Positions 35,557 to 45,252 of a stretch of DNA of 64,000 nt are shown in pieces. Position 1 is the stretch's first letter, and each line of letters opens with the position of its first letter. This DNA comes from an uncultured Actinomycetota bacterium (GTDB lineage: Bacteria; Actinomycetota; Actinomycetes; JAHEKZ01), in contig CAWHIJ010000003.1 of the NCBI GenBank assembly GCA_963829525.1, forward strand, positions 2,656,001 through 2,720,000, read 5' to 3'. The translations under genes were made by a program, and so were the position numbers. Below the pieces are notes generated by a model. That model was given only the letters and a program-made list of their open reading frames with translations, was not told the DNA's origin and ran no database searches.

Positions 35557-37173
35557 CTATGCCTTGACGGCTTTCCCGTCAGCGTCCTCGAGCCTGGGGA
35601 AGAGGGCTTCACCCTTCGTCACCGTGCACCCTGCCGGTAACACACCCAATCGCCCGGCGTCCTGCACCCTCTGGTCGGCCAGCAGGCCAAGCGCCGCCTC
35701 GGCCCCGAGGAGGTCCCAGATTCGCTGCGCCGTGGTGGGCATCACTGGGGCATACAGCACCGCAAGGGCGCGTAGCGAATCGGCGGCTGCGTAGAGGATG
35801 GTGGCGAGCCGTTCACGCTGCGAGTCATCTTTGGCAACTTTCCACGGCTCTTGCTCAGTGACGTAGCCATTTACCGCCTCGACGAAGGCGCGTACCTCTG
35901 CCAGCCCGTCGTGGAACCGGAGGTCGACCATCGCAGCGTCCGCTGCCTTCACCGCCTTCTCAAGGGAGACAGCAAGAACACGTTCGGCTTCACCGTCTGA
36001 CGCGGCCACTGGCAGGGTGGCATCGAAGTACTTGCCGACCATCGCCGCAACCCGAGACGCCAAGTTGCCCAGCCCATTGGCGAGTTCGGAGGTGTAGATG
36101 GCACTCATGTGCTCCCACGAGAATGAGCCGTCGTGGCCAAACGGGATTGCGCTGAGGAAGTAGTAGCGGAAGGCATCCGGACCGAAGTGGTCGGTGATCT
36201 GTGACGGCGCGATACCCGTGAGCTTGGACTTGCTCATCTTCTCGCCGCCAACCAGCAGCCAGCCGTGGGCGAAAACCTTGCCCGGTAGGGGAAGTCCGGC
36301 CGCCATCAGCATTGCCGGCCAGATGACCGCGTGGAACCGCAGGATGTCCTTGCCCACGAGGTGCACATCCGCCGGCCAGGTGCTGTCGAACTGCTGCGTC
36401 AGCACCGCGTCATCTTCGCCGTAGCCAACGGCGGTGGCGTAGTTCAGTAGGGCATCGAACCAGACGTACGTGACCTGCGATGGATCCCATGGGATTGGAA
36501 TCCCCCAGTCGAACGATGAGCGCGAGATCGACAGGTCGGTCAACCCAGACTCGATGAAGCTGAGAACCTCGTTGCGAGCCGAAGCAGGTTCGACGCCTTC
36601 AGGGTGTTCGCGGTAATGGTCAAGCAACGGCTGCGTGTATGCCGAGAGTCGAAAGAACCAGTTCGTTTCCGACACGGTCTCCACCGGGCGCGAGTGGATC
36701 GGACAGAGCTGCTGTCCATCCTCGCCCGTTAAGAGATCGCCCGGCAGCTTGAACTCCTCACAACCGACGCAGTAAGGGCCGGCGTACGAACCCTTGTAGA
36801 TCTGACCGTTGTCGTAGAGGTGCTGGAGGAACGACTGCACCCGCCGAGCGTGACGCCCCTCGGTGGTTCGGATGAAGTCATCATTGGCAACCTCTAGCAG
36901 GTCGAGAACCGGTAGCCACGCCTCCGAGACCAGGCGGTCGACCCACTGCTGCGGCTCTGCGCCGTTGGCCTCCGCCGACCGCAGCACCTTCTGGCCGTGC
37001 TCGTCGGTTCCCGTGAGGAACCAGACTCGCTCGCCGCGCTGGCGGTGCCAGCGGGTGAGAACGTCGCCTGCCACCGTCGTGTAGGCGTGGCCGATGTGCG
37101 GCGAATCGTTGACGTAGTAGATGGGCGTCGTGACGTAGTACACCTTGTCACCGGTTGTCCGAGGATCACCCAC
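35557..37173 (-). CDS. metG: Methionine--tRNA ligase
   Basis: TTPIYY, HIGH, GTDEHG, YVWFDAL and KMSKS motifs; start reassigned to GTG 7 nt after TAGGAT. Confidence 0.96.
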   Translation of the reverse strand: MGDPRTTGDKVYYVTTPIYYVNDSPHIGHAYTTVAGDVLTRWHRQRGERVWFLTGTDEHGQKVLRSAEANGAEPQQWVDRLVSEAWLPVLDLLEVANDDFIRTTEGRHARRVQSFLQHLYDNGQIYKGSYAGPYCVGCEEFKLPGDLLTGEDGQQLCPIHSRPVETVSETNWFFRLSAYTQPLLDHYREHPEGVEPASARNEVLSFIESGLTDLSISRSSFDWGIPIPWDPSQVTYVWFDALLNYATAVGYGEDDAVLTQQFDSTWPADVHLVGKDILRFHAVIWPAMLMAAGLPLPGKVFAHGWLLVGGEKMSKSKLTGIAPSQITDHFGPDAFRYYFLSAIPFGHDGSFSWEHMSAIYTSELANGLGNLASRVAAMVGKYFDATLPVAASDGEAERVLAVSLEKAVKAADAAMVDLRFHDGLAEVRAFVEAVNGYVTEQEPWKVAKDDSQRERLATILYAAADSLRALAVLYAPVMPTTAQRIWDLLGAEAALGLLADQRVQDAGRLGVLPAGCTVTKGEALFPRLEDADGKAVKA

Positions 37174-37263
37174 GCGAGCGATCCTAGGCGGGCCCCACCT
37201 TCCACCTGCCCCCCAGGTGACACTTCCGGACACCCGATGTGCCGCGGATGACAGGATCGGGGT

Positions 37264-38112
37264 GTGTCAGCCGCCAGTCCAGTCCTTGACGCCGGGCGAC
37301 TCGTACTCGCCGCCACACCGATTGGCAACGTCAACGACGCCTCCCCTCGGTTGCTTGACCTGCTCACCTCAGCCGACGTCGTTGCGGCTGAGGACACACG
37401 TCGCCTGCAGCGCCTCACGGCGATGCTCGGGGTGCACATCGGCGGAAGCCTCGTGTCCTACCACGAGCACAACGAGGGCGCGCGCACGCACGACCTGGTT
37501 GAGCGGATGATCGCTGGCCAGACGGTGCTGCTGGTGACTGATGCCGGAATGCCATCGGTCAGCGATCCCGGGTACCGACTGGTCTCGGCGAGCATCGAGG
37601 CCGGTATCCCGGTCAGCGCCGCTCCAGGACCGTCGGCCGTCCTGGCAGCTCTAGCGGTGTCTGGGCTCCCGGTCGACCGCTTCTGCTTCGAGGGCTTTCT
37701 GCCGCGCAAGACGGGACAGCGCCGTGAGCGGCTGCGTGCCCTCGCTGGGGAGCCTCGCACCATGGTCTTCTTCGAGGCCCCTCACCGATTAGCCGATGTG
37801 CTGACCGACATTGCCGAGCTTTGGGGCGCCGCACGGCCTGCTGCGGTGTGCCGTGAGCTGACCAAGACATACGAGGAGGTTCGCCGCGGTCCGGCGGGCG
37901 AGTTGGCGTCCTGGGCTGCGCAGGGCGTCCGAGGCGAGATCACCCTGGTGGTGGCCGGGGCGCCCGCCAGCGTGCGTTCGTTCACCGACGACGAGCTGAG
38001 CGAGGAGGTGCAGGCGCTGGTGAAATCAGGGCAAACCCGCCGAGATGCAGTAGCGGAGGTCGCTGAGCGGACAGGCGTCCCCCGACGTCGCGTCTACAAC
38101 GCCTCACTCTGA
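37264..38112 (+). CDS. rsmI: 16S rRNA C1402 2'-O-methyltransferase
   Basis: ATPIGN, AAEDTR, DAGMPSVSDPG and RELTK motifs. Confidence 0.95.
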   Translation: MSAASPVLDAGRLVLAATPIGNVNDASPRLLDLLTSADVVAAEDTRRLQRLTAMLGVHIGGSLVSYHEHNEGARTHDLVERMIAGQTVLLVTDAGMPSVSDPGYRLVSASIEAGIPVSAAPGPSAVLAALAVSGLPVDRFCFEGFLPRKTGQRRERLRALAGEPRTMVFFEAPHRLADVLTDIAELWGAARPAAVCRELTKTYEEVRRGPAGELASWAAQGVRGEITLVVAGAPASVRSFTDDELSEEVQALVKSGQTRRDAVAEVAERTGVPRRRVYNASL

Positions 38113-38181
38113 CGAAGTGGGGACACTCGACGGGCCGTGGCGGCACCCTGGGGGATGCTCGTCGGGCTTTACGATGCGCAG

Positions 38182-39795
38182 GTGACCATCATCGACGCCG
38201 GGCTGCCCAACGGCGGCATCGAGCGGCAGGTCGGCGAGCTGGCAGAGATCGAGGCGCACCGAGCCCGTGTCCGGCGCCGGCTGCTCCCTTCGGGGCCCAC
38301 GGACAGAGTGGCTGGCTGGGTCGGAGCCCTGTCAGTGACTGCACTGGCCGGTGTCCTTCGTTTCTGGCAACTTGGCCAACCTAGAGCCTTCGTCTTCGAT
38401 GAGACGTACTACGCCAAGGATGCCTACGGCCTTTTGAACCACGGGTACGAGCAAGACTTCGTGGACAAGGCAGACGAGAGGATTCTCAACGGCAACCTCA
38501 ACGTCTTCTCCGACACCGCTTCCTACGTCGTCCATCCTCCGCTCGGCAAGTGGATCATCGCCGCCGGAGAGAAGATCTTCGGGATGGACCCCTTCGGGTG
38601 GCGGGTCGCCGTGGCGGTTCTCGGCACCCTGAGCGTCCTGCTGCTCGCCCGACTCGTGCGCCGGATGACCGGCTCCACAGTCCTCGGAACGATCGCCGGG
38701 TTCCTTCTCGCCATCGACGGGCTCCACCTGGTGATGAGCCGCACGGCGCTCCTCGACTTGCCCTTGTCGTTCTTCCTCCTGGCTGCGTTCGGAGCACTCG
38801 TCTTCGATCGTGAGCACGGACGTCGCCGCGCAGCTGCGCAGCTGCAGAGTTTTGAAGGGAGCACCTTCGGCCCTGGCCTGGGTTTTCGCCCGTGGCGCGT
38901 CCTGGCCGGGATTCTGCTGGGAGCAGCTCTCGCCACCAAGTGGAACGCCCTCTTCTTCATTCTTGCCTTTGGGCTGCTCACCGTTTGGTGGGACGTCTCT
39001 GCGCGGAGAGTCTCCGGCGCACGCAGCCCTTGGCTGGGTTCACTCTCGCGCGATGCGTTGCCGGCGTTCCTCTCGATCGTGCCAACCGCAGTGGTCACCT
39101 ACATCATCACCTGGTCGGGGTGGCTCTTCACCAGTGGCGGCTACTACCGCACGTGGGGCAGCGACAACCCGTCGACGCTCTTCGGTTGGGTCCCCGATCC
39201 GCTGCGGTCACTGTGGCACTACCACGCAGAAGCGTGGCGATTCCACACCGGGCTGACCAGTGAGCACCCCTATGAGTCGCACCCCTGGAGCTGGTTGGTC
39301 CAAGGTCGTCCGGTCTCGTTCTACTACGAAGAGTATGGACGCGGAGAGCTCGGCTGCGACGTTGACCGGTGCGCCAGGGAGGTGCTCGCCGTTGGCAACC
39401 CCATCATCTGGTGGAGTGCCACCGCGGCTCTTCTGGTCATGGTGTGGCTGGTCATCAGCAAGCGCGACTGGCGCGCAGGGGCAGTCCTGGCGGCTCTCGC
39501 GGCAGGATGGCTGCCGTGGTTCTGGTACGCCGACCACAACGACCGGACCATGTTCTCGTTCTACGCCGTCTCGTTCCTGCCGTTCCTGGTGATGGCCATC
39601 ACGATCTGCCTCGGCTTCGTCCTTGGCCCCAAAGATGCCTCGTCAGGGCGCCGAACCGTAGGGGCCACTGCCGTTGGTGGCTATCTGCTCCTCGCAGCCC
39701 TGGCCGCAGTCGCCATGGCGCCGCTCTGGATGGCTCAGGTGCTTCCCTACCAAGAGTGGCTCGATCGACTCTTCGGCATCCGATCGTGGATCTGA
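38182..39795 (+). CDS. pmt: Dolichyl/polyprenyl-phosphate-mannose--protein O-mannosyltransferase
   Basis: FDETYY, VHPPLGKW, SRTALLD, ATKW and HPYES motifs; multi-TM. Confidence 0.92.
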   Translation: MTIIDAGLPNGGIERQVGELAEIEAHRARVRRRLLPSGPTDRVAGWVGALSVTALAGVLRFWQLGQPRAFVFDETYYAKDAYGLLNHGYEQDFVDKADERILNGNLNVFSDTASYVVHPPLGKWIIAAGEKIFGMDPFGWRVAVAVLGTLSVLLLARLVRRMTGSTVLGTIAGFLLAIDGLHLVMSRTALLDLPLSFFLLAAFGALVFDREHGRRRAAAQLQSFEGSTFGPGLGFRPWRVLAGILLGAALATKWNALFFILAFGLLTVWWDVSARRVSGARSPWLGSLSRDALPAFLSIVPTAVVTYIITWSGWLFTSGGYYRTWGSDNPSTLFGWVPDPLRSLWHYHAEAWRFHTGLTSEHPYESHPWSWLVQGRPVSFYYEEYGRGELGCDVDRCAREVLAVGNPIIWWSATAALLVMVWLVISKRDWRAGAVLAALAAGWLPWFWYADHNDRTMFSFYAVSFLPFLVMAITICLGFVLGPKDASSGRRTVGATAVGGYLLLAALAAVAMAPLWMAQVLPYQEWLDRLFGIRSWI

Positions 39796-39857
39796 CCGGT
39801 CGCAGCCAGCAGGGACCCGTTGCAGCAGGACTTCAATATCCGACCTAGGCTCGTGCC

Positions 39858-40436
39858 ATGACACAGAATGCCAGCCGCACCTGGATGTCACGTTTCGCCG
39901 CCGCTGCTGCCCTCGGCGCGGTGACATTCTTGCCGGCCCCGACGGCTTGGGCTCATAGCGACGTCGTCGAGTCGACACCAGCCGATGGGGCCGAACTGAG
40001 CCAGGCTCCGACACAAGTCGAGCTGAAGTTCGACGAGGCTGTTCAGCAACAGGGCGGCACCATCGTCGTGTCCACCGCGGACACCATTGTGAGCGATTCG
40101 ACCACCTTTGTCGCCGAAGAGAATATCGCTACCGTTCAGCTGAAAGGACCAGCTCAGCCGGGCAGCTACACGGTGAAGTACCGGATCGTGTCAGCCGACG
40201 GTCACGTGGGCAGTGGCACTTTCGGTTACAGCGTCACAGGCACCGCAGCAGCTTCGTCATCACCGGCGGCTAACGGCGCTCCAGCTCAAGGCGCCGATGA
40301 GCCCGGGGATTCCGGCAACACCGGGGACTCCACCGGCACGGTCGTCTGGGTACTTGGCCTTGGCGCCATCGGACTTGTGCTGGTGGCTGCCATCATCTCG
40401 GTCGCCGTGCGAGGGCGGCGTGACCGCTCCGACTAA
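39858..40436 (+). CDS. Copper resistance protein CopC
   Basis: Signal peptide ending AWA followed by His1 (HSDVVESTP); VSADGH motif; C-terminal TM. Confidence 0.88.
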   Translation: MTQNASRTWMSRFAAAAALGAVTFLPAPTAWAHSDVVESTPADGAELSQAPTQVELKFDEAVQQQGGTIVVSTADTIVSDSTTFVAEENIATVQLKGPAQPGSYTVKYRIVSADGHVGSGTFGYSVTGTAAASSSPAANGAPAQGADEPGDSGNTGDSTGTVVWVLGLGAIGLVLVAAIISVAVRGRRDRSD

Positions 40437-42414
40437 GGCCGCGCGCCGCTCCCCAGCCTGGCCATGGACTCTTGCGGCCCTCGGACTTGCATTGGTCGGG
40501 TTGGTCGTTGCTTTCAGCATCGGCGGTGACCGACCCCAGACTTCCGACGACGGACTGCCCGAGGCGTCATTGATGGTCCAGTGGGCGCTGCCCATCACCC
40601 GCACGGCCGTCGACCTCCTTGCGGCGGCAACCGTCGGGCTGCTGCTCGCAGCTGCAGCGCTCCTCCCATCCCCCAAGAACCTGCTGGCCACGGCTCCAGC
40701 CCGAGCCGCAAAGTTGGCGTCGTGGCTGGCCTGGGCGTGGGCTGCTCTCACCCTCGTCGTCGTGGTGCTCTCATACGCGGAAACGTTCGCCACGACGATC
40801 TCTGACTCCCTCGGCCCCACGAACCTGCTCAGCTTCGTGAGCCAGTCCCCGCAGGGATCGGCCTGGCTGGTGGCTGCGTCACTGGCGGCCTTCGCCGGTG
40901 TCGTGGCGCGCGAAGCCGACCGCCCGATTGGCGCCTGGGTCGCCCTGCTGCTTGCCATCGGGGCCACGCTGCCACCGGCGGTCACCGGGCATGCTGCGTC
41001 TGCAGGTAGCCACGACTTGGCCACCTCCTCACTGGTGGTGCACATCGTCGGCGTCGTGCTGTGGGTCGGTGGACTGCTCGCGCTGGTTTGGCACGCACGC
41101 GCTGATGGTCGTTACCTTCCGCTTGCAACGAGGCGGTTCAGCCCACTTGCCTTCTGGGCCTTCATCTGTGTCGGGGTCAGCGGCGCGGTGAACGCGTTCA
41201 TCCGAATTGACGATGTCGGCGCCCTCTTCACCACCCAGTACGGCGCTGTCGTCCTCATCAAGGTGATGGCCTTCCTGGCACTGGGACTTTTGGGCTGGGC
41301 GCATCGTCGACACACACTGCCGCAACTGGAGGGCGGTGTACCGCACGCCTTCCTGCGGCTCGCCATCGTCGAGGCCGCCATCATGGTCTTCACGGTCGGC
41401 ATCGGTGTAGGTCTCGCGGCGACGGCACCCCCTGTGAGCAGCACAACCGGAGCCCCGGCACCGGCCGAAGTTCTGCTCGGATTCCCCATGCCTGAAGCTC
41501 CGACCGTCTTGGCAATCCTGTCTGGCTGGCGTCTGGACCTGCTCGTGGTCAGCGTGCTGCTCGCCTCGGCGATCCTCTATGCACGCGGAGTCCTCACGAT
41601 GCGGCGACGCGGCGACCGCTGGCCGGTCGGGCGGGCAATCGCCTGGTACGCAGGTCTTGCGATCGTTGCCTTCGGTACCCTCTCGGGTCTGGCGGTCTAC
41701 GGCCGGACGTCATTCAGTCTGCACATGACGCAGCACATGACGTTGAGCATGATTGCGCCACTGCTCCTTGTGCTGGGGGCACCCATCACACTTGCACTTC
41801 GAGCACTACCTGCCGCAAGACCGACTCAACCTTCCGGCGCACGCGAGTGGTTGCTCACCGGCCTTCAAAGCCCTGCCGGGCGCATCCTCACCCACCCCGT
41901 GACTGCGTTCGTGCTCTTCATCAGCGCGCCTTACATGATCTACTTCAGCGGCCTGTTCGAGACCGCTATGCGAGAACACTGGGCCCATGAGCTGATGCAT
42001 GTGCACTTCGTACTCGTCGGCTACCTCTTCTACGAGTCCCTCATCGGTACTGACCCGATCCCCTACCGGGCCAACTACCCCATGCGCATGGTTGCGCTCT
42101 TCGCGTCTTTGACCTTTCATGCATTCTTCGCCGTCGCCTTGATCAGCAGCGACACTGTCATTGCGAGCAACTATTACGAGACGCTGAACCGCCCCTGGTG
42201 GCCAAACTTGCTCGAGGACCAGACCAGTGGCGCATCCTTTGCCTGGGCATTCGGGGAGCTGCCTGGGCTTCTGGTTCTCATCGTGTTGCTCTTCCAATGG
42301 TCACGCCATGACGATCGCCAGGCTCGGCGCGAGGACCGCCAAGCTGACCGTGATAACAACGCCGAGCTCGCGGCATACAACCGTATGTTGGAGGCTCGCC
42401 GCAGCTCTCGATAG
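40420..42414 (+). CDS. CopD / cytochrome c oxidase assembly factor CtaG fusion
   Basis: TGHAAS, HIVGVVLWVGG, HMTQHMTL and EDQTSG motifs; many TMs. Confidence 0.88.
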   Translation: MTAPTKAARRSPAWPWTLAALGLALVGLVVAFSIGGDRPQTSDDGLPEASLMVQWALPITRTAVDLLAAATVGLLLAAAALLPSPKNLLATAPARAAKLASWLAWAWAALTLVVVVLSYAETFATTISDSLGPTNLLSFVSQSPQGSAWLVAASLAAFAGVVAREADRPIGAWVALLLAIGATLPPAVTGHAASAGSHDLATSSLVVHIVGVVLWVGGLLALVWHARADGRYLPLATRRFSPLAFWAFICVGVSGAVNAFIRIDDVGALFTTQYGAVVLIKVMAFLALGLLGWAHRRHTLPQLEGGVPHAFLRLAIVEAAIMVFTVGIGVGLAATAPPVSSTTGAPAPAEVLLGFPMPEAPTVLAILSGWRLDLLVVSVLLASAILYARGVLTMRRRGDRWPVGRAIAWYAGLAIVAFGTLSGLAVYGRTSFSLHMTQHMTLSMIAPLLLVLGAPITLALRALPAARPTQPSGAREWLLTGLQSPAGRILTHPVTAFVLFISAPYMIYFSGLFETAMREHWAHELMHVHFVLVGYLFYESLIGTDPIPYRANYPMRMVALFASLTFHAFFAVALISSDTVIASNYYETLNRPWWPNLLEDQTSGASFAWAFGELPGLLVLIVLLFQWSRHDDRQARREDRQADRDNNAELAAYNRMLEARRSSR

Positions 42415-42429
42415 ACCCCTGGCGGCGGC

Positions 42430-42954
42430 TCAGGTGAGGGTCGCCCGCGAGACTCCGATTCCACTGAGCGTGTCAGCCCCGAAACGGGCCATCTCACGGT
42501 TGAGATCCAACGGTGCGATGTGTGCGCGGTCGGCCAACATCGCCTCATCGATCATGGCGGCTGGCACCAACCAGGAGACTTCGAACTCCAGACCGTCGGG
42601 GTCTTCGGCGTACAGCGCCTTGGTTGTTGCGTGATCTGATGAACCCTTCAGAGCCCCCAACTTCGCCAGTCGGTCGGCAGTCTCGGCGAGCTCGGCAAGG
42701 GTGTCGACTTCCCAGGCCAGGTGGTACAGCCCGACGGTGCCGCGCCCTGCTGCTGATGGACCCGCTGCCGCCCCCACCCCGAATAGCCCGAGGTCGTGGT
42801 CGTTGCTCGAACCGGGGGCTCGCAGGAACGCAGCTCCCGGCAGGTTCGGCATTCCGGGAATGGGAGCAAAGCCGAGGGCTTCGGCATAGAAGGCCACACT
42901 GCGCTGCACGTCCCGCACATAGAGAACGGCGTGGTTGAGCCGGTGGACGGCCAT
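42430..42954 (-). CDS. VOC/glyoxalase family protein
   Basis: LNHAVLYV, GLYHLAW and DPDGLEFE motifs. Confidence 0.88.
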   Translation of the reverse strand: MAVHRLNHAVLYVRDVQRSVAFYAEALGFAPIPGMPNLPGAAFLRAPGSSNDHDLGLFGVGAAAGPSAAGRGTVGLYHLAWEVDTLAELAETADRLAKLGALKGSSDHATTKALYAEDPDGLEFEVSWLVPAAMIDEAMLADRAHIAPLDLNREMARFGADTLSGIGVSRATLT

Positions 42955-43002
42955 GAGACACCTTCACAGAAGTCGAGGATCAGTACGTGATCAACAACTT
43001 AC

Positions 43003-43014
43003 ATGAATCTTCAA
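43003..43014. promoter_or_regulatory. Candidate MarR operator between divergent VOC and MarR genes
   Basis: Palindromic ATGAA-TC-TTCAA in an AT-rich spacer. Confidence 0.45.
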
Positions 43015-43036
43015 CTATTCCGCTACGATAGGGGGC

Positions 43037-43510
43037 ATGGCCTCTTCCCTTACCGCACCAGCCGATACTCGCTGGCTCGATGCTGACGAGCAGTCCACGT
43101 GGCGCGCCTTCCTGGCGATGCAGAAAGTGATCCGCGAAACGCTCGAACGACAACTGCAGCAGGACGCCGGGATGCCCATGACCTACTACATCATCTTGGC
43201 GATGCTCTCAGAGGCTCCCGGTCGTACCCTCCGCATGACCGAGCTCGCGGCGATGGCCGGTACATCGCAAAGTCAGCTCTCCCATGCGGCGACACGACTG
43301 GAGGAAGCCGGCTGGATCGAACGCCGACGTTGTCAGGGCGACAAACGCGGCTATCTCGCGGTCTTGACCGACTCTGGATTTCAGACTCTGACGACTGTTG
43401 CGCCGAGCCATGTCGAGAGTGTGCGCTCTGTGCTTTTCGACCAGCTCAGTGCTGAGCAGGTCGGCCAGCTTCGAACCATCGCCATTGCTGTGACTGAAGG
43501 CAGTGAGTAA
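43037..43510 (+). CDS. MarR family regulator
   Basis: RWLDADEQSTWR and LRMTELA...SQLSH motifs; wing DKRG. Confidence 0.9.
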   Translation: MASSLTAPADTRWLDADEQSTWRAFLAMQKVIRETLERQLQQDAGMPMTYYIILAMLSEAPGRTLRMTELAAMAGTSQSQLSHAATRLEEAGWIERRRCQGDKRGYLAVLTDSGFQTLTTVAPSHVESVRSVLFDQLSAEQVGQLRTIAIAVTEGSE

Positions 43511-43533
43511 TTCTGATCTTCGTTGGCCACCAC

Positions 43534-43558
43534 TGAACCATCGGCGACCGGTATACGT
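43534..43558 (+). promoter_or_regulatory. ECF sigma-type promoter TGAACC-N16-CGT (autoregulatory)
   Basis: Exact match to the consensus recalled for M. tuberculosis SigL; repeated identically at 44794. Confidence 0.75.
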
Positions 43559-43567
43559 TTGCCAGAT

Positions 43568-44098
43568 GTGACGTCGCTTTCCCTCGATGGCGAGCAGGCG
43601 GTGCGCGAGCTCTACCGTGAGCACGCCGCACCACTGTTGGCATTCGTCCGGGCGCAACTGGGCGGAGACAACGAAGGTGCCCAGGACATCGTCCAAGAGA
43701 CACTGCTTCGCGCCTGGCAGCATCCTGAGGCGCTACGACCAAACCGGCCAGGCGGCGCGCATCCGCGTGCCTGGCTCTTCCGGGTGGCGCGCAACTTGGT
43801 GGTCGACAGTCAGCGGGCCCGCTCCGCTCGACCCCAAGAGGTCGGCGAGCTCGACGACCAAACGTCAGCAGCCGAGGACGGTTACGACCAAGTCCTGACC
43901 GCCTACGAGGTCACCGACGCCCTCGCTGGTCTCAGCCCTGACCACCGTGCGGTGATCTCGGAGCTCTACTTCCAGGATCATTCGGTCGCCCAGACCGCTC
44001 AGTCGCTCGGTGTGCCACCCGGGACCGTGAAGTCCCGCGCCTACTACGCACTGCGGGCCCTTCGCCTCGCTTGTGAGGAACGGGGGATTCTCCCGTGA
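43568..44098 (+). CDS. ECF sigma factor (SigL/SigU-like)
   Basis: DIVQETLLRAW, WLFRVARN and GVPPGTVKSR motifs; start moved to GTG 43568, downstream of the promoter. Confidence 0.9.
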   Translation: MTSLSLDGEQAVRELYREHAAPLLAFVRAQLGGDNEGAQDIVQETLLRAWQHPEALRPNRPGGAHPRAWLFRVARNLVVDSQRARSARPQEVGELDDQTSAAEDGYDQVLTAYEVTDALAGLSPDHRAVISELYFQDHSVAQTAQSLGVPPGTVKSRAYYALRALRLACEERGILP

Positions 44099-44772
44099 CC
44101 TGCACAAAAGTACGCGAGGACGCCGCAACCGTCCTACTGACGGGGTCGGTCTTTGACGTACAGACCGTTGACCACCTCAAGGAGTGCGACGCCTGTCGCC
44201 GCGACCTCGACTCTCTTGCGGCTCTCCCTGCCCTACTGGCTATGGCAGTCGACCCAGCGATCCCACCAAGCTCCGATGACGCGCTGCCCATCGACAGACT
44301 GCTTGAGGCCGCCGCCCGGATTCAGCGTCGTCGTCGACGGCGGACGGTGCTCGCCGTCGCAGCAGCAACCTTGGTGGTGCTTGCTCTGCCAACGGCGCTG
44401 CTCGTCAACCGAGGAACTGAGGTGCCGCCGGCGTCGGCGAACACCCAAGGAACCGGCACGACCACGCCGGCCGTCTCTGTTCAGCGCGCGGCGTCCAACG
44501 CGAACACCGGTGTGAAGGGCAAAGTCACTCTGAGGGCAGCCGCATGGGGTAGTGATCTCACGTTTGCACTGCGCGGCGTCCCGTCAGGTACTGAGTGCAC
44601 GCTCGTCGTGGTCTCAGCTGACGGCAGTCGAGAGCCTGCCGCTCGCTGGCACGCCGACTACGAGGGGACCGCGCACGTCACCGGCGCCGTATCTGCGCCG
44701 CTCGCCGAGATCGACCACGTTGAGGTGACAACCCAGGAAGGGGACGTCATCTTGCGCGTCCCCGTGAGCTGA
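44095..44772 (+). CDS. Zinc-binding transmembrane anti-sigma factor
   Basis: C...HLKECDAC (HxxxCxxC), one TM, extracytoplasmic domain; GTGA overlap with the sigma gene. Confidence 0.85.
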   Translation: MTCTKVREDAATVLLTGSVFDVQTVDHLKECDACRRDLDSLAALPALLAMAVDPAIPPSSDDALPIDRLLEAAARIQRRRRRRTVLAVAAATLVVLALPTALLVNRGTEVPPASANTQGTGTTTPAVSVQRAASNANTGVKGKVTLRAAAWGSDLTFALRGVPSGTECTLVVVSADGSREPAARWHADYEGTAHVTGAVSAPLAEIDHVEVTTQEGDVILRVPVS

Positions 44773-44793
44773 CCGTTGCACACGGGCACAGAT

Positions 44794-44818
44794 TGAACCC
44801 CTGGCCCGCTCGGCACGT
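44794..44818 (+). promoter_or_regulatory. ECF sigma-type promoter TGAACC-N16-CGT
   Basis: Same motif and spacing as at 43534; ATG follows after a 10-nt spacer. Confidence 0.75.
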
Positions 44819-44828
44819 TGTAACGAAC

Positions 44829-45230
44829 ATGAGACTCCGAAAAGCCGCAGCCCTCACGTTCACCACCATGACCGTCCTGACCATGGCCGCCTGTTCACAG
44901 TCGGACACGTCAGCTACCTCGCCTCAACCCAGCCCCAGCAGCCAGTCACCTGAGCCCAGCATGTCTATGCAGTCAGGAGAGGCTGACGCGGCCACCCTGA
45001 CCATCTCCGGGTTCGCCTTCTCAGAGCTCTCGGTCAAGGCCGGAACCAAGGTCACGGTGACCAACGAGGACAGCAGCGACCACACCGTGAACGTCAAGGG
45101 GACCTCCACCGACGTGACCGTCCCTGCTGGAGGCACCGCGACGTTCGACGCCCCTGACCAACCGGGCAGCTACGACCTCAGCTGCGACTTCCACCCAGCA
45201 ATGTCAGGAACTCTGACCGTCACCGGCTGA
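44829..45230 (+). CDS. Cupredoxin-domain lipoprotein
   Basis: Lipobox MAAC; type-1 Cu ligands H...CDFHPAM; MSGTLTV. Confidence 0.85.
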   Translation: MRLRKAAALTFTTMTVLTMAACSQSDTSATSPQPSPSSQSPEPSMSMQSGEADAATLTISGFAFSELSVKAGTKVTVTNEDSSDHTVNVKGTSTDVTVPAGGTATFDAPDQPGSYDLSCDFHPAMSGTLTVTG

Positions 45231-45252
45231 GACCGGTCAGGTTGCGCCGCGC

